From positions 1 through 25,061 of IMG/VR virus record IMGVR_UViG_3300037243_000041: a DNA stretch of 25,061 bases; one strand, written 5' to 3'. This DNA comes from a virus (lineage: Duplodnaviria; Caudoviricetes). The position numbers were made by a program, and so were the translations under genes. Below the pieces are notes generated by a model, which searched no databases, was not told the origin of the DNA, and worked only from the letters and a program-made list of their open reading frames with translations. Each line of letters opens with the position of its first letter. Position 1 is the stretch's first letter. Shown in pieces: positions 7,607-14,744 of this stretch.

Positions 7607-9757
7607 TCATTTCTCCAATCTCTGTGTCATGCGTTTTTGTAGTTTCTTCTGTTCCTTCACACGCCCTAGATATTTCTTTCGCTCCTCTTCCGTTTTCTCC
7701 ATTCGCGCCTTGATGCCGATCGGATTGCCTTCCTCGTCGTAGAACTCAACTGGTGGTTCCACGAACTTCGGCAACGCACCATTGCGATCCGAAGCCCACA
7801 ATTGGCGCATCCACAATTGCGTAACCGTGCTCGGCACCTCGATTGCGCGATTGATCAGCCACGGACGCACGTTCCGATTATCCGGGAGCTTGAGTTGTTG
7901 GGTGCGGAGCGGCTGAATGAAGCCCTCCTGGCGCAATGTGCGAGATAGCGCGTTCTTCGACCAATTCTGTTTGTTTGCCCGCATCAAGAGTTCTTCTGTA
8001 GTCATCAAGGCGTGCATGCCCCGCACTTCCCCGGAGCCCCAACAACTGTGAATCCACTCGCTCATTTCTGAGCGCGAATCCTCGATCATGATTTGCTTGT
8101 CCTCGGTCATCGGTGCGGGACGGAATGGCTCAAACCCAGTGAGATCGAGGTTCTTGAGGTGGTGCATGAGCGCGTTGATGCCGTCAGGCGACCTATACCA
8201 ACGATCATAGGTGCCGGTATACCACGCAGCATCCAACGGCTCACCCTGTATCTCGATAACGAAATAGCGACGGTCTTTCCCTTCGAGGAAAAGAACGTCG
8301 CAATGGTTACTGGTGAAGAGGTAGTTGATGCAATCCTTGATTTCATAGGTTGGAATGTATTTCTGATTCACTTCGATGTTCTGCCCGGTGATCATGCCTT
8401 TGAGCTTGTTACCGAGTTGCCGCTTCTCGCCGCCGCCCGATCCTGTAATCTCATCGGCGAGAATAAATTGCCGGTTGGTGGCGTAGGCGTTGAACGCGGA
8501 ATCTAGGTCGCGGTCGCCGATCTCCTTGTAATTATCACCGTAGATCCTGCCGAGTGTGTAGCCGACGAGTGTTTTCCCGGTGCCTTGCGCGTTCGACCAG
8601 AAAACCACTGCGGTATAGAGCTTAGTGCCTGGGTGCTGAATCGGGTAGGCGCACCATTGCTCGAACCATTGACGGTGCTCCGGTGACGTGTCCTTGAAGA
8701 TGTAGTCGAGTAGCGTCTTCCACGGCCTGATGTTGCCCTTGACCGGCTTGGCGCCCCAGCCCTTCCATTGATTGTATTCGCCCGCTTTGGTAATCTCTCC
8801 CTCTCCGGGCGTGTAGGCCATCTTTGAAGCCGTCGCGCGTCCCGGCCATTCAAGCCATTCCTTCGGCACGGAGCACAGGGTTGTCTTTGTCGGGTTGTCC
8901 TCTGTAGGCGTGGGCTTCATGAACTTCCGATCGGCGTAGAGCGGCATGACCAGATCTCGTGCGGAGACGCGCTGGCCCGTTGCGCGAATCACACACACGC
9001 CGGGATCACGGATGAAAATCACTTCCTCATTGAATTTGCGAAGCGCGGCTGATTGTTTCCATTCGGCGGCTTTTTCGATCAAACGCATAAAGCGCTTAGG
9101 TCCGCCATACTTGGAAACGAGGAAGTCATCCATCCCTGTTTTCTGCCCGTCGATCAGCGTGGGAAGTCGCACGATGTAGATGCGCGCACCACGATTCACC
9201 AAACGGCGTGCAAGCTCATTCTCCGCTTGGAGGATGCCTACGTTCTGATCGGCGTCTGAATCATAGCAAATATACACCGCGCGCCCGGTCCACTCAATTT
9301 GTTCGAGATCCGGCACGAGATCCTGTTGCTTAGCTTTGGACCCGAAGCTCCATACGCCGCCAAGCCCAATAGTGCAGAAGTCGAACTTGGTTGCACACGC
9401 GGCTTTCTTCTCGCCTTCGGTAATGATGATGGGTGCTCCCACATCCTTGATGCGTTTCGCCCAATCTGTGAGCGGAGGGAAATACACGCGGACGGCGGAG
9501 CCCTTCAATTGAAAATATTTGTTCTTGGTCTTCTTGCCAAGGAAACGATAGCGCCAAAAATCCGTCTCCTCGCCGTTGACATCGAAGTAGGGAATCTTGA
9601 AACCAGGCACGTCGAAGCCGGTAAGCTCGATGGCATCCTTGCCGTGAAATGACTCCATATGGAGCTTCTTCGCATCAAGACGATCTAGCCCAGAGGCGGC
9701 TAGTGCTTGGACCATGGAGGCGCGTGTCTCGTCCGCTGAAAGTTTGGGCCTACTCAT
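7607..9757 (-). CDS. primase-helicase: DUF3854/TOPRIM primase domain plus SF3 (DUF5906/D5-like) helicase
   Basis: TOPRIM motifs ITEGEKKA, GLGGVW, ICYDSD and GMDDFL; Walker A QGTGKT, Walker B FILADE, and sensor LFTSNH. Confidence 0.9.
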   Translation of the reverse strand: MSRPKLSADETRASMVQALAASGLDRLDAKKLHMESFHGKDAIELTGFDVPGFKIPYFDVNGEETDFWRYRFLGKKTKNKYFQLKGSAVRVYFPPLTDWAKRIKDVGAPIIITEGEKKAACATKFDFCTIGLGGVWSFGSKAKQQDLVPDLEQIEWTGRAVYICYDSDADQNVGILQAENELARRLVNRGARIYIVRLPTLIDGQKTGMDDFLVSKYGGPKRFMRLIEKAAEWKQSAALRKFNEEVIFIRDPGVCVIRATGQRVSARDLVMPLYADRKFMKPTPTEDNPTKTTLCSVPKEWLEWPGRATASKMAYTPGEGEITKAGEYNQWKGWGAKPVKGNIRPWKTLLDYIFKDTSPEHRQWFEQWCAYPIQHPGTKLYTAVVFWSNAQGTGKTLVGYTLGRIYGDNYKEIGDRDLDSAFNAYATNRQFILADEITGSGGGEKRQLGNKLKGMITGQNIEVNQKYIPTYEIKDCINYLFTSNHCDVLFLEGKDRRYFVIEIQGEPLDAAWYTGTYDRWYRSPDGINALMHHLKNLDLTGFEPFRPAPMTEDKQIMIEDSRSEMSEWIHSCWGSGEVRGMHALMTTEELLMRANKQNWSKNALSRTLRQEGFIQPLRTQQLKLPDNRNVRPWLINRAIEVPSTVTQLWMRQLWASDRNGALPKFVEPPVEFYDEEGNPIGIKARMEKTEEERKKYLGRVKEQKKLQKRMTQRLEK

Positions 9758-10236
9758 GCCAACCTCTTCTTATGTGTATCCTGCCATTCTTTGAGTCTTG
9801 TGCATGCCTTACGGTATTTTCGCGCCGCGCCTTTAATGCCTTTGTCAGCCTTGCGCTTGAGGTGGCGAAGGTATTCTCTGTAATTGTCGAAACCGGATGG
9901 AGGTTTTGGCGCTATCGGATGCCTAATGCGATCCCACTTTCTAGCGAGAAGATATTTTTCATACTCTTGCATGTAGAAAGCCCGCGACTCGAATTTGTCG
10001 CAATAGCTAAGCCACTCCCGCCATTCGAGAAGCGTCAGGCCATACGCCCTGTTGTATAGCTTCCTCGCTTTGCAGAAGCGCCGCATCATAGCGTAGTATT
10101 CTGGATTGGCGGCGGCACGACACCTATCGAGCCACTTCCGCCACGACGGCCACCCATACGGACCGCGCGCACTCATGACGAGCTTGGGCGTGTGTGTAGA
10201 AGTTTCGATGGCGCCGCTATCCTCATTGGGATTCAT
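9754..10236 (-). CDS. basic, aromatic-rich hypothetical protein
   Basis: ATGA overlap with the primase-helicase start. GGAG lies 6 nt before ATG 10236; the alternative start is 10248. Confidence 0.65.
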   Translation of the reverse strand: MNPNEDSGAIETSTHTPKLVMSARGPYGWPSWRKWLDRCRAAANPEYYAMMRRFCKARKLYNRAYGLTLLEWREWLSYCDKFESRAFYMQEYEKYLLARKWDRIRHPIAPKPPSGFDNYREYLRHLKRKADKGIKGAARKYRKACTRLKEWQDTHKKRLA

Positions 10237-10260
10237 TTTATTCTCCATGGTTTATCTGTG

Positions 10261-10367
10261 GTGTGGTGCGCTTCACTCGTCCGTCGTTCCTGCCCTTCGG
10301 GTGTCAGAGGAGCTTGACGTTTCGGAACGCACCACACATTCCCGGGTTTCGGCGGACGAGTGAAGCG
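10261..10367 (-). ncRNA. candidate structured leader RNA
   Basis: 15-bp perfect inverted repeat 10269-10283/10353-10367, inner stem 10285-10290/10324-10329, and a crossing 10-bp pairing 10261-10270/10328-10337. It begins at the predicted +1 of the promoter. Confidence 0.45.
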
Positions 10368-10373
10368 GATTCA

Positions 10374-10401
10374 ATTATAGGCTCGCTTAAAACAACGTCA
10401 A
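10374..10401 (-). promoter_or_regulatory. near-consensus sigma70 promoter TTGACG-N16-TATAAT driving the replication operon
   Basis: Minus strand reads aaattttgc TTGACG ttgttttaagcgagcc TATAAT, at the head of the leftward module. Confidence 0.75.
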
Positions 10402-11759
10402 GCAAAATTTACAAGCGGGCTAAGGTGCCGTATTTGCGCTATTTAGATCTTGACCAAAGAAGTCAATAAAATTTATTTAACAAGGTGGCAATGTAGCGGC
10501 GTAGGAACGTAGCCGTTGTGTATGGCTTGTTCACGTCACCAGTGCGTAATCGCGTTGCTACGTAGTTTTGTAAAATTGCTTAATTAGCCGTTTGCGCAAA
10601 TGCCCTAGGTTCTAAGGATCTTCACACTTTTGCGCTCCGAGCCGTTTTCTTGATTTTTGTAAACTAGGCCAAACACACATAGTTACACATTTCGTAGCTT
10701 TGTAAAAGTGTGTGGTGGCTGTACCGAACGAAAACCTGAAACTTCTTCAGATCGCCCAAAATGACTGAGTTGCTCCGTAGAACGGCCTTGGCACTATGTT
10801 CTAGGCGAAATGTAATAGCAAGTTCAAGTTGAACCATGGTCCATACTCCCACTATTCCTTTTTCCCCCCTCTTTTTTGTACTTCTCTTCTCTATTATCTT
10901 ACCTATTACTTTTCTAAATAAATGTGAAGATAATGAAGAAGTAAGAAGGAAACGTAGTGGTGGTGCGGGTTCTTCAAATTTTTCATCAAATCAATTTCAC
11001 CTCCACAAAGCTAGCATTCTGACGTAGAATTTCGCGCCCGGTCGGGGCCATGACCGCCATTCTAGGGCGTATACTCGCATAACAAGCCAACAAAGCACCG
11101 GGCGCTGTGCCCTTGGAGGCCGTGTGCGCCTTAGCTACGACTCATTCTACGCAAATGCACACAATTTGGCACCCCTGCAAAGCCGCATGAATAGGGCGTC
11201 TACGTAGACGTAGTGGGGCCGCGGGTTTGCGGGGCACTCCTCTGAAACGCAATGGTGGTGCGGCCTGCGGAAGCACAAAGTGCAAAAAAGTCGTTTTCGT
11301 TTAAACGGTTTTTTCGAAAAACACACTTTTCGGGTCTTTTTTGCATCGCGGATCGGCTCGGAATGTAGTTCTACAAATTGGCCTAAGCACTGGCGCGGGT
11401 TTGCGGGCAAATTTCAGCGATTTCTCGATTCTGTATACGCGCCGTCTGGTTTTTTCACATCGTTTTAATACAATTTTGGACAATTTGCCTCGCAAACGCC
11501 CTATTCATGCGGGTTTGAAAAAAGTTCAGCGCCCGCCCTACTCAATAGGGCCTATACGCGAAGAACCGCATGAACAGTGGCTTAATTGTGTGCATTTTGG
11601 CCTAGATCCTACTCAATACTAGCTATTACGCGAAAATAGGCTCCTGAACGGCCCTGTAAGGCGTCGAATTCGCCCTTGTGCCTCGATATACCCTTGACAC
11701 CCTATGGAGGGCGTCTACACTAGCCCTGTGGCCCGCGCGTGGGCCTCTGAGAGGCACCC
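10402..11759. other. large non-coding divergent region, candidate replication origin and/or packaging site
   Basis: No credible ORF; AT-richer than its flanks; pyrimidine tract then purine tract at ~10840-10950; T/A tracts at 11284-11342; multiple repeats and palindromes. Confidence 0.5.
11178..11517. repeat. 22-bp inverted repeat pair (21/22 match)
   Basis: CAAAGCCGCATGAATAGGGCGT at 11178-11199 versus ACGCCCTATTCATGCGGGTTTG at 11496-11517. Confidence 0.85.
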
Positions 11760-13394
11760 ATGAGCCCTAAGAAGCCTACCTCACCGAAAAAGGCCGTACG
11801 TGTGCCGAGTGTGGGCGTTTCGATCAATGGCCGTGTGATTCTGCACAAGGAGCACGGCTTGGCCAGCGGGTCTACGAAGCACGGGGACACGAAAGGCCGC
11901 GTGGATAGCGGCGTGGGGGCGAAGAAGCACGCAAAGGGGCGCGCGGCAGACGATTCGCATGCGAACGTGCAAAGTGCGACGGTGCGCGGCATCAAGGGGC
12001 GGGGAGACGCCGCGCACGATTCAACGCCTGGGAAATTTTTACCTTTGCGAAAGAGCGATCCGACCACCAAAACTGAAAAACACGTTTCTGCGCACAAAGC
12101 TACGAAACAGGTAGCCTCCGCGTACGATTCGGCCACCAACAGCGTTTCGACCAATGGCGATCCCAAAAAAATTTCAGACCAAAAATCGAAAAAGTCGGCA
12201 AAGGCACTCGCCGAAGCGCTCCGCAGCAGAATCGTGGGGCATGAGAACGTCGCACCGGATCTTCTCAAGGCGCACTCTCTGAATTTCCGAAAGCACGGCG
12301 AAGCGCAGATGAAAGCGCTCCGTGGCTCGATGGACGACATGGGGTGGCTCAAGGAAATCCTCGTTTCCAAGCGCACTAACACGATCATCGACGGCCACGC
12401 GCGGTGGGAAGAGGCCGTGCGCAGGAAGCTCCCGTTCGTGCCCGTCACGTTTGTGGACATCACCAAGGACGAGGAGAACAAGGCCCTTGCGCTTCTCGAC
12501 CCGATCACGGAAATGGCGACGCGCGACGATGCGCTTTTCCTCAAGCTACTCGACAGCGTGAAAACGAGCAACGATGAAGTTTCCGCCGTGCTCTCGAAAA
12601 TGTCGAAGCTCAAGGATATGCCTGAAATCACGAAGGTGGCAGTAAGCGACACGGTTCTCGAATACAAGACGGATGTGTATTTCCCGTCCACGAACAAGTG
12701 GGGCATTCCGGATCTGGACCCGAAAATGCTCTACGATGGCCCAGCACCGCGCACTACATGGCCGAAGAAGGATGATCGCGGAAAGCCGCAGTTCTATGTG
12801 TTCGGCGAAGGCGGCTTTGACGAGCGCGTCACCGGCAGAATCCTCACGTTCTACACTGAGGATTGGCGCTTCGAGCGGATCTGGGCTGAGAGCATCGAAA
12901 CGTTGAAGAAGATCGTTCCACTAGCACCGGCGGCATTCACAGCGCCGGATTTTTCGTTGTACGGGGATGACCCGCTCGTGGCGCAGATGTGGAATATCTA
13001 CCGTTCGCGGTGGATAAGCGTCTACTGGCAGAAGGCCGGGCTCAGGCTGATCCCGTCGCTCGCTACTTCTACGAACCCTGATTGCTATGAATTTGCGTAC
13101 GCCGGGCTTCCCAAACGGCCATCGCTCATGAGCATGCAGCTTCGACAGGGCGGCATCAAGAGCAAGCAACAGCACACCGCTACGCACACCGAAATTGCTC
13201 AACTGATCGAACGTGTGCAGCCGGAGCGGCTCGTGATCTACGGCGTTGCGGCAAAGAACAAGCTCGCTTCCACGCTCCCCTCCGGCACGAAATACATTTG
13301 GTGCGAGGACTTCTCACAGGCGTGGTTTGAGAACGGGCAGGAGATGAAGGCGAACAAGAAAGCAGCAAACCTGATGAAGCTTGGCAAAACTTAG
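11760..13394 (+). CDS. ParB-like N domain plus DUF4417-like domain fusion, with Lys-rich N-terminal extension
   Basis: ParB/Srx motif N.RKH...GW...ILV...IIDGHAR; DUF4417-like PDFSLYGDDP..AQMWNIYRSRW...WQKAG..LIPSL. Located just before terS; the exact start is uncertain. Confidence 0.8.
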   Translation: MSPKKPTSPKKAVRVPSVGVSINGRVILHKEHGLASGSTKHGDTKGRVDSGVGAKKHAKGRAADDSHANVQSATVRGIKGRGDAAHDSTPGKFLPLRKSDPTTKTEKHVSAHKATKQVASAYDSATNSVSTNGDPKKISDQKSKKSAKALAEALRSRIVGHENVAPDLLKAHSLNFRKHGEAQMKALRGSMDDMGWLKEILVSKRTNTIIDGHARWEEAVRRKLPFVPVTFVDITKDEENKALALLDPITEMATRDDALFLKLLDSVKTSNDEVSAVLSKMSKLKDMPEITKVAVSDTVLEYKTDVYFPSTNKWGIPDLDPKMLYDGPAPRTTWPKKDDRGKPQFYVFGEGGFDERVTGRILTFYTEDWRFERIWAESIETLKKIVPLAPAAFTAPDFSLYGDDPLVAQMWNIYRSRWISVYWQKAGLRLIPSLATSTNPDCYEFAYAGLPKRPSLMSMQLRQGGIKSKQQHTATHTEIAQLIERVQPERLVIYGVAAKNKLASTLPSGTKYIWCEDFSQAWFENGQEMKANKKAANLMKLGKT

Positions 13395-13442
13395 CGGGCG
13401 ATCCCGCTACATGCGCCGCGCGGCGTGACAAGGAGCAGTGAA

Positions 13443-13610
13443 ATGGCAAAAGGTGGAGGTGGTGCGGCGACCGCAACTCGTGTGGGGCAGCCGAAAGTAA
13501 CGCGTGTGGGGCAGCCGAAGGGCATCGGTGCTCGCTCTGCCGCCCGCGCGATGGCGGGCAAGCCTGTCTCGTTCAAGTTCGGTAATTCCAAGAGCAAGAC
13601 CAAAGGCTAG
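13443..13610 (+). CDS. small basic Gly/Lys-rich peptide with tandem TRVGQPK repeat (55 aa)
   Basis: AAGGAG RBS before ATG 13443; CGTGTGGGGCAGCCGAA is duplicated 24 nt apart. Confidence 0.6.
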   Translation: MAKGGGGAATATRVGQPKVTRVGQPKGIGARSAARAMAGKPVSFKFGNSKSKTKG

Positions 13611-13627
13611 GTGGGAGGTAAGCGGCC

Positions 13628-14308
13628 ATGATCAAGAAGCGCGCGGCAGGAAAGACGAAGCCAAAACCTAAGCTGGACCTCTCGAAGAGGGCAGACGCCG
13701 CCATGCGCGGAAAGGCTGACACTGCCGAGCGCGAGGCCGTGCTTGCGAAGTTGAACAAAGTGAAGGAGAAGCGCAAGAAGCTAGCTGCTGTCGGCAACGG
13801 CAAAGAGATCGCGCGCAATGCCGCCGTGATCGATAAGCAAATCACCAAGCTCGAAGAAACACTTACGTGCATCCGACTACGCAGCGGCGGCGCGAGCTAC
13901 TCCGACATCGCCAGGACCATAGGTATTTCCGAGTCCCAAGCCCGCACGAACGTCGTCGAGGAAATGAAGCGGCTGAACACGGATATCCAGGAAGAGGCGC
14001 TTGAGCATCGGCAGCTTCAGCTTGAGCGAATCAACGCCATGATCCTCGACTACTGGCCGAAGAAGAGCAACGTCCGCGAAGGTGCCATGATCCTCGCGCT
14101 CATGAACAAGCAGGATGACCTCCTTGGCATCATCGCGCAGAACATCAACCTCCGCGTCAATCCCAGCACCATCCAGAAAATGACTGACGCCGAGCTTGAC
14201 GAGTTCCTCAAACGAAACGTTGACGCGCTGCAAAAGCCGGTTCCACTTCCTACGCTCAAGGGCGGAAAGAAGGGCGATGAAATCATCGAGGTGGGAAATG
14301 AAGATTGA
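13628..14308 (+). CDS. terS: terminase small subunit (putative)
   Basis: HTH-like GASYSDIARTIGISESQA, helical LERINAM...LLG segment and C-terminal KMTDAELDE motif; upstream of TerL; GGAGG RBS. Confidence 0.7.
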   Translation: MIKKRAAGKTKPKPKLDLSKRADAAMRGKADTAEREAVLAKLNKVKEKRKKLAAVGNGKEIARNAAVIDKQITKLEETLTCIRLRSGGASYSDIARTIGISESQARTNVVEEMKRLNTDIQEEALEHRQLQLERINAMILDYWPKKSNVREGAMILALMNKQDDLLGIIAQNINLRVNPSTIQKMTDAELDEFLKRNVDALQKPVPLPTLKGGKKGDEIIEVGNED

Positions 14309-14744
14309 CGAACGTGAACTACAGAGATTAGCCGAGCGCTTCTGCGCCGCGCCGCTCCCCGCCTCAGTTTGCGCGGATATGTGCGCTACGAAATCGGGGC
14401 AGGAGGTACGCTATGGCACGAACCTCCTTACCGCTGAGGAGGCCAGGGAAGTTCTCCGCTACGTCCTCTCCGACCCCGAGCCGGCACCGCTTGTAGAGAC
14501 GAAGCCTGGCACACACAAGGCCGAAGAACTCATCTTCGCCGCGTACAGCCGATGCCCGTGCGGACTCGGCCTTGCCTACGTCAAGGGAGAGGGTGGACAG
14601 GGGCTGTGGGATTGCTCCGGCATTCTCATGGGCACGGCAGACGCCCGCGTCAAACACACCGACCAGCTACCGTTCATTTTCTACGACGTAAGATCAGAAC
14701 TCCAGCCAAGCGTGCAGGGTGCAACCACGAGGCCGAAATCATGA
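14298..14744 (+). CDS. hypothetical protein with CxC...C...H cluster (148 aa)
   Basis: GAGG RBS before ATG 14298; overlaps the terS stop, and its stop overlaps the TerL start; RCPCG...WDCSG...KH. Confidence 0.65.
   Translation: MKIDERELQRLAERFCAAPLPASVCADMCATKSGQEVRYGTNLLTAEEAREVLRYVLSDPEPAPLVETKPGTHKAEELIFAAYSRCPCGLGLAYVKGEGGQGLWDCSGILMGTADARVKHTDQLPFIFYDVRSELQPSVQGATTRPKS

Noticed and set aside
9990-10060. RAYGLTLLEW in ORF 9754-10236 resembling the EndoVII 'YGI/LT' helix
   Set aside because: No CxxC or DHDH catalytic motifs follow.
10285-10350. Hammerhead ribozyme (two GAAAC on the minus strand)
   Set aside because: No CUGANGA core was found in the required position on either strand.
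10263-11622. Short ORFs in the central intergenic region
   Set aside because: They have no RBS or motif support, atypical composition, and overlap repeats and the promoter.
13392-13409. Hairpin TAGCGGG-cgat-CCCGCTA at the ParB-DUF4417 stop as an intrinsic terminator
   Set aside because: No U-tract follows it on the coding strand; it may be a pause or processing site, but termination is unsupported.
14552-14740. N-terminal extension of TerL given in the ORF track
   Set aside because: It overlaps gene 14298-14744; ATG 14741/14744 with a GAGG RBS and stop overlap is the better start.
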